Assembly (NCBI GenBank): GCA_049325535.1
Contig: JBMOKY010000001.1
Location: 941,942-1,005,941 of the forward strand
Origin: Patescibacteria group bacterium
Lineage (GTDB): Bacteria > Patescibacteriota > Patescibacteriia > UBA10025 > JAHIVO01
Reading direction: 5' to 3'
Length of the DNA: 64,000 nt
The notes below the pieces were generated by a model. It did not search any database and was not told the DNA's origin. It was given only the letters and a program-made list of their open reading frames with translations. The translations under genes and the position numbers were made by a program. Shown here in pieces: positions 29,357-41,241 of the stretch. Every line of letters starts with the position of its first letter. Position 1 is the first letter of the stretch.

Positions 29357-29442
29357 CGGAGAGGGAGGGATTCGAACCCTCGAACCCTTGCGGGTTACAC
29401 GCTTTCCAAGCGTGCGCACTAGACCAACTATGCGACCTCTCC
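29357..29442 (-). tRNA. tRNA-Ser(GGA)
   Basis: GGAGAGG acceptor, CACGC-TT-GGA-AA-GCGTG, long variable arm and GGTTCGAATCC. Confidence 0.96.
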
Positions 29443-29689
29443 ACACTGCTCACCAACGGTTATGAATTTTGCATCTATTACCCTGAGATACCATAGCGTC
29501 AGGACTCTCGATGAAACAAAAAGCGCTAATATTAGCACCGGATCAACATTCAATTCCGTAAAGTTCAGTATACCATAGCATTTTTCCCCCACCAAGAAAA
29601 ACCGCCAGTCCCAGCACCGCACCCCAGCGCTCGGGTTGACAGTACTATCAAGGAGAGTACAATGCGGAACATACGAGGAGGGTTTGAGG

Positions 29690-29914
29690 ATGCTCTTTGT
29701 ATTAACCGCCAGCCTCACCGTTGGCACAGCTCTTATCACCCTCCCGAGTCCACCCGCAGTTACCGAACTGCCATCAGCATCCGCTCTCTGCGGAAACCAA
29801 CCCCTCCTGATCATTGATCAGCTTTGGGGATGGACCTCACATGATGCGTGTAGCATCGGATGCTGCCTGTGCAAGCGCAAACTGCACAACGTCTGGACTT
29901 CGGGATTCACCTGA
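29690..29914 (+). CDS. Small Cys-rich putative secreted protein (74 aa)
   Basis: TTGACA/TACAAT promoter at 29636-29663, GAGGAGG SD, hydrophobic N-terminus, CSIGCCLC motif and a downstream hairpin with T-tract. Confidence 0.5.
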   Translation: MLFVLTASLTVGTALITLPSPPAVTELPSASALCGNQPLLIIDQLWGWTSHDACSIGCCLCKRKLHNVWTSGFT

Positions 29915-30227
29915 TGACGCTTGGGTGACACTATCGTTGGACGGCTTTCCCTCACGGCAAGCCGTCCTATTTTTTTCTCAAAAAATTCAGGCACTACTTA
30001 TAGTCATCAAGCCCGCCAATCAAAAAGAAATGTTACACAAAAAGAGCGAGGAGGAGCGTGCCTGAAAAGGCGCCGATGCCCACGGGAAGAGCGGAGCCGG
30101 TTGTGGGTCGGCAGCGACGACGAGCCTTTTTGAGTTAATTTCTTTGCTTTGGCGGCGTCTCTTTTCTGCCGCTTTTCTGGACGAACAGAAAAGCGGTGAA
30201 CAAGGAAAGCTAAATTCTGAAAAACAT

Positions 30228-30261
30228 AAAGAATCGCCTGGCCGTTGGCCAGGCGATTCTT
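30228..30261 (-). terminator. Intrinsic terminator of ppsA
   Basis: AAGAATCGCCTGGCC-GTT-GGCCAGGCGATTCTT inverted repeat. Confidence 0.75.
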
Positions 30262-30286
30262 CGTTCCACTCAGAGTGACAATCGAT

Positions 30287-32698
30287 TTATTTCCGGCTAC
30301 CCTTTTCAGCCTTGGCGATCGCCACCATAGTGCTGAGAATCGTATCCGGATTCAGGGAAATGCTATCAATCCCCTGCTTGACCAGAAAAGCGGCAAAGTC
30401 GGGAAAGTCAGATGGCGCCTGGCCACAAATACCGATATCCCGTTTGTACTGCTTGGCAGTTTTAATCACCATGGTGACGAGGCGCTTGACTGCCTCATTC
30501 TTTTCATTGCCCACATGGGCAATGATGCCTGAATCGCGATCCAAGCCGAGGGTTAGTTGGGTCAGATCATTTGAACCAATGGAGAAGCCGTCAAAAATCT
30601 TTGAGAATTGGTCAGCCAGGATGACATTGGACGGGATCTCACACATGACGTACACCTCGAGGCCGTTCACGTGCTGTTTCAGGCCATTATCCGCCATGGC
30701 TTGGATGACTTTCTTGCCTTCGTCCACGGTACGGCAGAACGGTACCATCACTTTCACATTACGCAATCCCATCTCCTCGCGCACCCGTTTCAATGCTTGG
30801 CACTCCAGGTCGAATGCCGGGCGGTATTCCGGATCGTAGTAGCGGGACGCGCCGCGCCAGCCAATCATCGGATTGCGCTCCTCGGGTTCAAACTGCTTGC
30901 CACCGATCAGTTCAGCATATTCATTTGACCGGAAATCGGCCAGCCGGACGATCACCTCGCGCGGGTAGAATGCCGCTGCTATGGTTGCTATGCCGTAGGC
31001 AAGCTTATCAATGTAGTATTTCTTCTTATCAGCATACCCGACGGTCAGGGCATCGATCTGACGTTTGGCTGCCTGGTCTTTCAGCTGAGCATAATTGACC
31101 AAGGCCATCGGGTGGATCTTGATATACGAATTGATGATAAATTCCTCACGAGCCAAACCCACGCCGTCATTGGGTATCTGTGAGGTAGAGAAAGCCAGCT
31201 CTGGTGTGCCAAAAATCATTTTGACCTTAGTGCGCTTCGGGCGTGGCAAATTCTTGATATTGGTGCGGCGGACGGAGAAGGGTAATTTGCCCGCATAGAC
31301 ATTCCCCACATCTCCTTCGGCACAGCTGACGGTAATCGTAGAATTATGCGGAATTTTTTTGGTGGCACCATCAGCACCGACGATGGCCGGGATGCCGAGC
31401 TCACGGGAAACGATTGCAGCATGGGAGGTACGACCACCCTCGTTGGTCACAATCGCCGAAGCGATTTTCATAATCGGCTCCCAGTCCGGATCGGTCATCT
31501 GTGTTACCAGCACGTCGCCTTTTTTGAAATCATGGATACTGCGTACATCTTTGACCACGTTGGCTCGGCCGGAGCCGATCTTCGCACCCACTGGCGAACC
31601 ACTGACCAGGAGCTTACCCTTCTTCTTCAGAGTGTACGCCTCAAGGACATTGACGTCACGCTGGGATACCACCGTCTCAGGTCGCGCTTGAACGATAAAT
31701 AATTTTCCCGTGACGCCGTCCTTAGCCCATTCCATGTCCATGGGTTTGAAATGCCCGGCTTCCTTCGAATAGTGATCTTCGATGATAGATGCCCACTTCG
31801 CCAGTTTCAGAACTTCCGCATCAGTAATACAATACCGCATCCGATCGGCTGTCGGCACCGGGATATTTTTCGTGGGTGTGGCGCCGGTGGAATAGATCAT
31901 CTTGATCTTCTTAGTACCCAGCATTTTTGAAACTATCGGTTTGAAACCTTGCTTCAGGGTTGGTTTGTGTACATAGAATTCATCGGGACTGACTGCGCCC
32001 TGTACCACGTTTTCGCCCAATCCATAGGCGGCATTTATCAGCACCATGTCTTTGTGGCCGGACTCCGTATCGATCGAGAACATGACGCCTGAGGCACCTT
32101 TGTCCGAGCGCACCATTTTCTGGACGGCAATTGAGAGCCCAATAGAGAAATGGTCAAAATGCTTGTCTTCACGATAGGAAATCGCTCGATCGGTAAATAA
32201 CGAGGCGAAGCATTTTTTGCACGCCTCAAGCAATGCCTCGGCACCGCGGATATTCAAATAGGTTTCCTGCTGGCCGGCAAATGACGCATCGGGTAAATCT
32301 TCTGCGGTGGCCGATGAACGGACAGCCACGTCCACATTTTTACCATATTGCTTTTCTAGCGTCCGGTAGTTGGCGACGATAATGTCTTTTAAGTCTTTGG
32401 GAAAGGTGGTATTGAGAATCAACTGACGGACTTTCTTACCGTGCGCCTGCAAGTTACGCAGGTTGTGGGTGTCTAAATCTTTCAGTACTCGCTTGATATC
32501 ATCGCGGATGCCCTGCTCTTCGAGTAAATAAAAATACGCCGCGGCAGTGATGGCGTATCCATTGGGAATTGAAACTTTCTGTTTCGTCAGCTTACGGTAC
32601 ATTTCGCCGAGGGAGGCGTTTTTCCCACCAACCAAGGGAACGTCCTTGATTCCTAATTCATTAAACCAGAGTACGAGTGCCTTTGATCGTGCTGACAT
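30287..32698 (-). CDS. ppsA: Phosphoenolpyruvate synthase (pyruvate, water dikinase)
   Basis: VGGKNASLGEM, AVRSSATAEDLPDASFAGQQ, GGRTSHAAIVSRE and FSIGSNDLTQL motifs. Confidence 0.97.
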   Translation of the reverse strand: MSARSKALVLWFNELGIKDVPLVGGKNASLGEMYRKLTKQKVSIPNGYAITAAAYFYLLEEQGIRDDIKRVLKDLDTHNLRNLQAHGKKVRQLILNTTFPKDLKDIIVANYRTLEKQYGKNVDVAVRSSATAEDLPDASFAGQQETYLNIRGAEALLEACKKCFASLFTDRAISYREDKHFDHFSIGLSIAVQKMVRSDKGASGVMFSIDTESGHKDMVLINAAYGLGENVVQGAVSPDEFYVHKPTLKQGFKPIVSKMLGTKKIKMIYSTGATPTKNIPVPTADRMRYCITDAEVLKLAKWASIIEDHYSKEAGHFKPMDMEWAKDGVTGKLFIVQARPETVVSQRDVNVLEAYTLKKKGKLLVSGSPVGAKIGSGRANVVKDVRSIHDFKKGDVLVTQMTDPDWEPIMKIASAIVTNEGGRTSHAAIVSRELGIPAIVGADGATKKIPHNSTITVSCAEGDVGNVYAGKLPFSVRRTNIKNLPRPKRTKVKMIFGTPELAFSTSQIPNDGVGLAREEFIINSYIKIHPMALVNYAQLKDQAAKRQIDALTVGYADKKKYYIDKLAYGIATIAAAFYPREVIVRLADFRSNEYAELIGGKQFEPEERNPMIGWRGASRYYDPEYRPAFDLECQALKRVREEMGLRNVKVMVPFCRTVDEGKKVIQAMADNGLKQHVNGLEVYVMCEIPSNVILADQFSKIFDGFSIGSNDLTQLTLGLDRDSGIIAHVGNEKNEAVKRLVTMVIKTAKQYKRDIGICGQAPSDFPDFAAFLVKQGIDSISLNPDTILSTMVAIAKAEKGSRK

Positions 32699-32810
32699 AA
32701 AAAATTTTTTCCGTTTAATGATATATTGTATTCACAGTATAACACAAAAAGCCCGGAAAATCAATCCCTCATCTAACTTGCCAACTCACCCTACAATCAT
32801 GTCTACAAAT

Positions 32811-32845
32811 AAAAAAGGCTTGGACTCATAGGAGTCCAAGCCTTT
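32811..32845 (-). terminator. Intrinsic terminator
   Basis: AAAGGCTTGGACTC-ATAG-GAGTCCAAGCCTTT with a flanking A-tract. Confidence 0.7.
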
Positions 32846-32872
32846 GACTGATCGACGAGCGTGATGAAAATG

Positions 32873-33787
32873 TTACGCCACGACTTTTTTCTTGTCCTGA
32901 TCATACTTGATCGGGCCAAAGCCGGCGTTCTTCCGTGCTTCCTCCAACTGTGTACGCGCTTGCTGCAGCTTCCGCGACCGGACAGGCTTCCCGTCAGACA
33001 TGTCGATATCCTTCATACCATAGATGACTCGCGCAGCGTTAGCGTTCGCCTCGGCAAGCACCTGCAGCTGTTCATCGGCGCGCTCACGGCGCGCTTGAAT
33101 ATCCAGCATCACCTGCCGGAACCGGTCAGAGAGATTGACGTTCCACCGGTTGAACGAAGCCGCAAATGCCTGGCTATCCCGGGCGGATACATACGCCTCC
33201 CAGAAGTCGCTCATCAGCTGCACCGGTATCTTGCCCCACGGATAATACTCGGGGTTACCATATGTCAGCAACTCGTCCGGCAAATCGGTGAGGCAATGCA
33301 CGCAACGGCCATCAGAGTATGGATAAAACCCCGACGTTTCAAAACCGACCGACTTGATGTTGTGCCATGTGCGCTGGTCATACGGTAATTTGGATGACCA
33401 GTGTAGAGTCACTTGCTGACGGTACCCGACCAACGGCTCAGCGATGGTCCACTGTCCGAAATGGTCGAAATAAATCACTGTGACGCGGCGGCAGTGATTG
33501 CACGTGACAATCACTCCGGGCCTCCGATGGTGGTACCAGTCGAACTCGTCCCCCTCAAACTTCCGTTTGACCGTAATGGTATTGTGCACCGTATCGACGT
33601 CGCACTCGATACCAATCGCTGACACTGTGAACCCATGCTCAGTAGCATGCTGGTCGCTTTTGTGGCGACTTTTCTTGGTGATAGAGCCGAAGCCCCACCG
33701 CTGCTGATCCGAACACCGATTAGCGCGGATGGTGATGGTTTGCGGAAATGTGACTTCCCGTTTCTGCTGTTCCTTCTGTGAACACAT
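32873..33787 (-). CDS. Hypothetical protein with CxxC motifs and a C-terminal coiled coil
   Basis: Long ORF with an AAGGAG SD before ATG 33787, its own promoter and a terminator. No recognisable family. Confidence 0.6.
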   Translation of the reverse strand: MCSQKEQQKREVTFPQTITIRANRCSDQQRWGFGSITKKSRHKSDQHATEHGFTVSAIGIECDVDTVHNTITVKRKFEGDEFDWYHHRRPGVIVTCNHCRRVTVIYFDHFGQWTIAEPLVGYRQQVTLHWSSKLPYDQRTWHNIKSVGFETSGFYPYSDGRCVHCLTDLPDELLTYGNPEYYPWGKIPVQLMSDFWEAYVSARDSQAFAASFNRWNVNLSDRFRQVMLDIQARRERADEQLQVLAEANANAARVIYGMKDIDMSDGKPVRSRKLQQARTQLEEARKNAGFGPIKYDQDKKKVVA

Positions 33788-34080
33788 GATACAACTCCTT
33801 CTTGTTCCGTCCTTCCCATGCCTATTGCAGATGGGCTGAACCACAAGCTGAAGATTGTCCCTCAGGCGATATGCCCCTGACTGGATCACCGATGTGTGAC
33901 CCCGCAGGACTCCGTTCTGGAGTTGAGGTAATACGCTCATTTTATCAATGAACAAAAACGAACCAGACATGCTACCATACCATGGGCTTTTTGTCAAGGG
34001 TTTTGCGCGAACATACAAAAAGCCCGGCATAACACCGGGCTTCTTTCAAATGCCATTTGCTATAAGCTATCAACCATCTG

Positions 34081-34401
34081 CTACATCTTGATCTTCTCTG
34101 CCAGATCTCCTACGACCGGCACCTTATACCGCTCGCCGGACAACGCTTTGATGAATCCGATTATTTCCAGAACTGCCACGACCATCCAAATAATCCAGCC
34201 GATCACCGGGATGATACCAACCCAAGAAAATAAAAATAGTATCACGCCTTGTTTGGCATGGAATTTCACGAACTCGTCGTCCTTTTTCACGATAAGCATA
34301 ACAATGCTCAAAACCCACACATACGACAGTGCGGCCATCAGATTGCTGTCTGAATTACCGGACATTGGTTTTTGAGTTTCAGGTTGTTTTTGTTCGTCCA
34401 T
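34081..34401 (-). CDS. DUF4870-family membrane protein
   Basis: MAALSYV...DEFVKFHAKQG...KALSGERYKVPVVG; AAAGGAGGTG SD before ATG 34401. Confidence 0.85.
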   Translation of the reverse strand: MDEQKQPETQKPMSGNSDSNLMAALSYVWVLSIVMLIVKKDDEFVKFHAKQGVILFLFSWVGIIPVIGWIIWMVVAVLEIIGFIKALSGERYKVPVVGDLAEKIKM

Positions 34402-34876
34402 AGATGCCACCTCCTTTCGTGTCGGATCGTTCTCGTTTGTGTATACTATTTCGGAATACGAGATACCCGGCACATCCCACCGCCATGCTGATCCCTCCGA
34501 GAATACAGGGCATGCGTACCACATTCAGGATGTACCACCACTGATGGTACCATATGATATCAAAAATTGCGAGAGTGCCGCCGGCCAGCACACCCATCAT
34601 GGTACCAGCCACTGCCGCGCCTATCAGTGAATCGCGTCCCCGCCGTGCCAGTAGCCAGGCCAGCGCTACGGCGATGAGGACTGTCGCCACATAGCGCCCC
34701 CAAGGAGAAATACGAAATGTAGAATTAATAATTGCCAGCACCACCAATGCCACCACAAACCAGCGTACCGTTTGCCAATAATACGCCAGGCTCTTACCCG
34801 CAATCAACGCTTGTTCGGCCGGTGCGGCGGGCATGGTAGTTTGGACAGGATTATCATTCATAGAAATCGTTGTCAC
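34379..34876 (-). CDS. Hypothetical membrane protein
   Basis: Four TM segments; co-oriented with and overlapping the DUF4870 gene. Confidence 0.65.
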   Translation of the reverse strand: MTTISMNDNPVQTTMPAAPAEQALIAGKSLAYYWQTVRWFVVALVVLAIINSTFRISPWGRYVATVLIAVALAWLLARRGRDSLIGAAVAGTMMGVLAGGTLAIFDIIWYHQWWYILNVVRMPCILGGISMAVGCAGYLVFRNSIHKRERSDTKGGGIYGRTKTT

Positions 34877-35050
34877 AGCTGTCTATAGTATAGCGCGAAT
34901 TGGATAAAACCAAAAACCCCCGTCTGTTTCCATTCGGGGGTTTTCTTATTTTCTCTGGAGCATGCCGAGCTTCGGATTTATTCCGAGCGAGGCATACTGC
35001 TGAAGGGAAAAGATGTAATGAAGGAAAACCGAAGGTGTTCCTTCATTAAT

Positions 35051-36721
<1,671 letters not shown>

Positions 36722-36728
36722 CTAGAGG

Positions 36729-37004
36729 TTACTCGACTTGAGCGAGCACATCCTCTTCTTTGAGTACTTTATATTCGATGTCTTCCAGGGTTACCTCTTC
36801 GCCTGAGTATTTCCCGAAAATGACCCGATCCCCGGCCTTCAGACCGAGCTTGGTGATTTTTTCGCCATCGCCGATAGCGACGACTTCGCCCTCTTCTTTC
36901 TTTTCTTTTTCCACGGTCTCAGGAAGGACGATACCCGATTTTGTGACCTCTTCTTCGGTTACCGGTTTGACAATAATCCGGTCACCCAATGGTTTGAGTT
37001 GCAT
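36729..37004 (-). CDS. groS: Co-chaperonin GroES
   Basis: LKPLGDRIIV, TKSGIVLP and GDRVIFGKYSG. Confidence 0.98.
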   Translation of the reverse strand: MQLKPLGDRIIVKPVTEEEVTKSGIVLPETVEKEKKEEGEVVAIGDGEKITKLGLKAGDRVIFGKYSGEEVTLEDIEYKVLKEEDVLAQVE

Positions 37005-37035
37005 AGTTTGAAGCTACTCTTAATTATTATTAGAT

Positions 37036-37062
37036 TTAGCACTCTATTAATCTGAGTGCTAA
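37036..37062. promoter_or_regulatory. CIRCE element (HrcA operator)
   Basis: Exact TTAGCACTC-N9-GAGTGCTAA, downstream of a TTGACA/TATAAT promoter (37093-37066) and upstream of groES. Confidence 0.97.
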
Positions 37063-37096
37063 TACATTATAGCAATGCTTTTTTTACTGTCAAGCA

Positions 37097-38428
37097 CTAA
37101 TCAGTACCCTGGGAACAATGTGAATATTTACGTAACCATAGCCCAAAAATTAGCCAAAACAAAAAGATTCCGGATGATAACGTCCAGAAATAATGTTCAA
37201 AAAAACCGATAACCACAGTGCCAAATACAGTAAATGAGAAAGCGTACAACACGTGGGAATTGCGCATAGCTGTGCCACAGGCGCGGATGACGTCCCACAG
37301 AAACTGCCCAATAATTACCACAAACAGCAAACCTCCGATCAAGCCGATTTCGCTGGCAATCAATAATACGAGATTGTGGACCGGCTGATAGTCCCACGAT
37401 TCCCGTGTCCGGTCATAGAGATAGGCCGCGTACGTACTGCCGCCAATGCCGACCCCGCTCACCCAATGATCCCGGGTCATCACCCGCGTCTGGTCTACGA
37501 GTGAAAGTCGCTCAGTAGCCGACATCTCCTCTAGGCGGCCGCCACCCACGGTCCGGGTCTGGATCAATTCGGGAAACATGGTCAAACAAAAAACGGAAAC
37601 CAGGACCATCCACAGTACGACCGACCCCATGATTTTCAGCCGATGTGAAGCACGGAACCACACGGCGTGGATCAGCATGCCGACGACACAGACACCCATG
37701 GCCAGCCAGGCGGAACGCGAGAATGTCAAAATTAATCCGTAAAACGTTACCGTAAACCCGATGACCGTGGGCAAAATGACCCGGAGCGAAGGTTTGGATT
37801 GCTGATGAAGTCGGATGAGCGCCCCGATACAGACGATGAGACAGACAACTAAAAAACCAGCGAGGATATTCGGGTGGGGAAATGACCCATACGCGCGCAA
37901 AAAACGACCCGTGGCCGTTTCCACCACCGCATCGCCGAGAATGCCCGGAGCATGGGCGGCCATCCCCAACCAGGTATGAGCGGGGATGGACTGGGTAAAA
38001 AACTGTACAATCGCCATGACCGACTGCAGCGTACCCGCGGCAATAACCGCTCCACTCAACAGCGCCCAACGCACCGGAATGACACTAACAATCCATACTA
38101 AGGACATGCCCTGCAGCAGCTTAATCAGCGCGTACCAAGATACGTCATGATGAAGCGAAGCCACCGCGGAAACAAAGGCAATGGCAGCAAAGGCCGTGAG
38201 TGTCACCGACCAGCGCCGGACTGTTTGCGACAGCGGCTGTCGGATAATCACCGCCGCGATGAAAAGCGCCACCCAGAGGATATCGGTGCCATACAGACTG
38301 AACCGGCCGTATTCCCACACGCCACTGCTCAGCGGATGTTCCTGCCATATCCACCGCGTCTGCCAGGGTATCATAAAAACAAAGAGAGCCAGTAGATACG
38401 GACTGAATCTGCCGATGAGTCGTTTCAT
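37097..38428 (-). CDS. O-antigen ligase (Wzy_C) family membrane protein
   Basis: RAYGSFPHPNILAG, LTFSRSAW, GVGIG and PVHN...LIASEIG motifs. Confidence 0.85.
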   Translation of the reverse strand: MKRLIGRFSPYLLALFVFMIPWQTRWIWQEHPLSSGVWEYGRFSLYGTDILWVALFIAAVIIRQPLSQTVRRWSVTLTAFAAIAFVSAVASLHHDVSWYALIKLLQGMSLVWIVSVIPVRWALLSGAVIAAGTLQSVMAIVQFFTQSIPAHTWLGMAAHAPGILGDAVVETATGRFLRAYGSFPHPNILAGFLVVCLIVCIGALIRLHQQSKPSLRVILPTVIGFTVTFYGLILTFSRSAWLAMGVCVVGMLIHAVWFRASHRLKIMGSVVLWMVLVSVFCLTMFPELIQTRTVGGGRLEEMSATERLSLVDQTRVMTRDHWVSGVGIGGSTYAAYLYDRTRESWDYQPVHNLVLLIASEIGLIGGLLFVVIIGQFLWDVIRACGTAMRNSHVLYAFSFTVFGTVVIGFFEHYFWTLSSGIFLFWLIFGLWLRKYSHCSQGTD

Positions 38429-39354
38429 ACGATATGAGCTACCCGATTACGCCACTCGGATAAATACTGCTGCCGCCGGTCGGTATCGTGAAATTTGAGC
38501 ATCGAATCCTGAACCACTACCCGACTATCCTGATTGGCCATGGATCGCAGTCGGGGCGGCATGATCCGCAGCTGATACCGCCTGAATACCGACTCGGGGA
38601 TCAGCCCGCCAACAAATTCAATCAGCCGATGGAGCCAGGGTACTGAAACCACCCGACGGCGGCTGGGTAGACTCATCGGCCGGACCTGCGGCAGCCGTTG
38701 GCGAATCCAGCGATTTGCCTCGAGAAAATCCTGGTACACCCCACGGTCAAACACCGGAACCACCTGACTGACCCAATACTGGAGATAGATGTCCTGCGGC
38801 AGGGCCAACGGTTCCAAATTCAGATGGTTGGTATCAGTAAAAAAAGAAGCACAAAGGGCGTCCTCGGTATGTCCCGGGGTCGGTCGGAGCTTAAAAAATT
38901 TGAGGAAACCGGCCACCCAAAACCGCGCCTGCCAGATACGGCCAGGACTAGTGACGATAAACAGGTCGATGTCAGCGGTACGACGGCTGTTGCTGTAGGC
39001 CAGCGTATTGCACACGGCAATCATACGGACAAACGGTGCGAAACGGAGCACGCGGATAAATTGTATGGCACGATGATATTTTCGTTCAGCCAATCGGTAG
39101 CGATCCAACCGCGTAACGGCTAGTTCTGCGCGGCCAGGTAATGCGTAAAACCCCCATTGCTCAGACAGCCGCCCATTGGTTTTCAATACTTCCAGCTGCT
39201 GAACGACCTCCGCTAATCCAGCCTTCCGTAATCTATCGTCTGTCTGCTGTTGACTCACATACAACCACCGCCATACTTCCATCGGCGTCAGCGGATAATC
39301 AAACACGTCGAAATACGCAAGAGTTATCAGGATGGCTTGTTCCAGTGAATTCAT
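38425..39354 (-). CDS. Hypothetical protein with a nucleotidyltransferase-like motif
   Basis: TLAYFDVFDYPLT...PFVRMIAVCNTLA....ADIDLFIV. Start ATG 39354. Confidence 0.7.
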   Translation of the reverse strand: MNSLEQAILITLAYFDVFDYPLTPMEVWRWLYVSQQQTDDRLRKAGLAEVVQQLEVLKTNGRLSEQWGFYALPGRAELAVTRLDRYRLAERKYHRAIQFIRVLRFAPFVRMIAVCNTLAYSNSRRTADIDLFIVTSPGRIWQARFWVAGFLKFFKLRPTPGHTEDALCASFFTDTNHLNLEPLALPQDIYLQYWVSQVVPVFDRGVYQDFLEANRWIRQRLPQVRPMSLPSRRRVVSVPWLHRLIEFVGGLIPESVFRRYQLRIMPPRLRSMANQDSRVVVQDSMLKFHDTDRRQQYLSEWRNRVAHIV

Positions 39355-39449
39355 ACAGTAGCAGTATACCTGCAATCTCTGGATAAAAAAAGCCGAGAAC
39401 AGTGGTGTGTGTCCCCGGCATGAGAGTGAGCAAGGCAGGCACGAGACGG

Positions 39450-39875
39450 CTAGATGGTCTTGGAAAGACCAATCGAATCGGGCGGCTGGTGATACCCCTT
39501 CAGCCATTCCTCGCCTGCTTCAGGCGAAAACCTCATGATGGTGAAGGTATGGTACGCCAATGCATCATCGTCATTGGGTACCAGCCACTCCACATCAATG
39601 ATGCAGTCATTGACCCATATTTCCGCTTCGGTCATCCCCGAATCCACGATGGGGGTCCCTTTGAACCCATCGTAGGTGATCACCGCGACGATACCGTGCG
39701 GGTACGCCACCTCGACGGTCCGAATGGCCGGAACCACGATCGCGGCAATAGCCGAAATCAGGAAGATAGCCCCGATCACGGCGACGAGTCCCAGCAGGAC
39801 AGGGCGCATACTTTTCGAAACGCTGCCGCTTCTGGATTCGTGCCGATAATAATTCGGCTCGTGTCTCATCTTCAT
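39450..39875 (-). CDS. Hypothetical single-TM protein
   Basis: GGAGG SD, one TM helix, and a promoter-like TTGACA upstream. Confidence 0.5.
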   Translation of the reverse strand: MKMRHEPNYYRHESRSGSVSKSMRPVLLGLVAVIGAIFLISAIAAIVVPAIRTVEVAYPHGIVAVITYDGFKGTPIVDSGMTEAEIWVNDCIIDVEWLVPNDDDALAYHTFTIMRFSPEAGEEWLKGYHQPPDSIGLSKTI

Positions 39876-39987
39876 AAAAAAGAACCTCCGTTGTTCTGTT
39901 GGTTTCTGTTTGTATGTAACCGGATATACTACAGTAATAATTCAGGTCTGTCAAGACCCGGGGGCGCCAAAAAGCTCAATGGTATAA

Positions 39988-40239
39988 TTATTCGTGATCC
40001 CGGAGGGGTCGGAGCGGCTCGATGGCCGGGCCCTTGAGCACTTGGCCAGTCGGGGTATAGCGGGCGCCATGGCAGGGACAATGCCAGTTGTTTTCATCGC
40101 CATCCCATTCCACGTCGCAAAACTCATGGGTACAATAACTGCTCAACCGGTGCGCCACCCCGTCACCATCGTAATAATAGGCGATATGCTGGTCGCGATC
40201 CACGCGTCCCATCAATTTTGGTTTGTCCGAATCAGACAT
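39988..40239 (-). CDS. Stand-alone Rieske [2Fe-2S] domain protein
   Basis: CTH.FC and CPCHGARY...G.VLKGPA motifs. Confidence 0.85.
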   Translation of the reverse strand: MSDSDKPKLMGRVDRDQHIAYYYDGDGVAHRLSSYCTHEFCDVEWDGDENNWHCPCHGARYTPTGQVLKGPAIEPLRPLRDHE

Positions 40240-40361
40240 GGAGATAGTATAGCGCATCATGTACATCTTGACACCACAGGGTAAAATGGCGTATGCTCAC
40301 CAATCAAAAAAAGAACACTACCAATCAAATAACCGATTAAAACGTCTCAAGGAGGTATCGC

Positions 40362-41108
40362 ATGACCGTTTCGCTTCGTACAAACTGGCGGCTGATGGGA
40401 GTAGCGGCCGTCATCATGGTAATCTGCGGGTTCGCTGCTGGATCGTATATCGATTCATATGCGCTCCAATCGTTTGGGCCCATGGACCATTTCTGGGCTC
40501 ACTGCATCGCCGGATGGATTCTCCTCATCGCCCTGCTGCTCCTCACCTCAGTGGATGCCCTCTTCTATCATGACTTCAGTGCCATGCTCCCATCGCTGAT
40601 TTTGGGCGGCAGCGGTTTTGTCCTCGGTGCCTATCTCGGCTACTCGGCCATGGATCTCATGATTGCGCTCGCACTCTGGGTGATGGTCATATCACTCGCG
40701 CTGGTCTATTGGCCGCTGACGGCAGTCACGGAAAAACGGCGGCGAGGCCGGTTTGCGTACCCGCGGCTCACCGAATGGTGGGTAGCGGTACAGGCGGGAT
40801 CGCTCTTTGCCGGTGTCGCGGGCATCCTCACCGGCATGCTGAGCATCTGGCTCAATCTGCCAGTTGCTCTGATCATCCTCGGCGCGCTGATGATCATGCT
40901 GACTCTACTCGTATTTGGACGGATCGAAAATCCGTCCAGTGAACGGTCAGAACACTGGCTCATGGCAGCGCTCGGCATGGCCGTCCCCTTTGCGGCTGTC
41001 AGCGGTATCCTGACGCTGCAATGGTCGTACGCGCTGTACGGCGCTCTGTATGGATTTGCCGGAGTTCTGATCATGGAGTCCGTCCTCTACGTCAGGTCCC
41101 GCGCCTAA
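40362..41108 (+). CDS. Hypothetical multi-pass membrane protein
   Basis: AAGGAGGT SD, about eight hydrophobic segments and a downstream terminator. Confidence 0.7.
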   Translation: MTVSLRTNWRLMGVAAVIMVICGFAAGSYIDSYALQSFGPMDHFWAHCIAGWILLIALLLLTSVDALFYHDFSAMLPSLILGGSGFVLGAYLGYSAMDLMIALALWVMVISLALVYWPLTAVTEKRRRGRFAYPRLTEWWVAVQAGSLFAGVAGILTGMLSIWLNLPVALIILGALMIMLTLLVFGRIENPSSERSEHWLMAALGMAVPFAAVSGILTLQWSYALYGALYGFAGVLIMESVLYVRSRA

Positions 41109-41241
41109 GAAAAATGCACGTTCGCCCAGAACCGCAGCAGCCCGGTGCGTATCACACATCGGGCTTTTTTTTATCCACGTATACCCGACGCAATGGTGGG
41201 CAAAAAACGAAAATAATTCTATACTATAGATATCTAATATA

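Noticed and set aside
29443-29580. Cognate-codon leader peptide upstream of tRNA-Ser, by analogy with tRNA-Asn
   Set aside because: Only very short ORFs without a Ser run, and no terminator/antiterminator pair.
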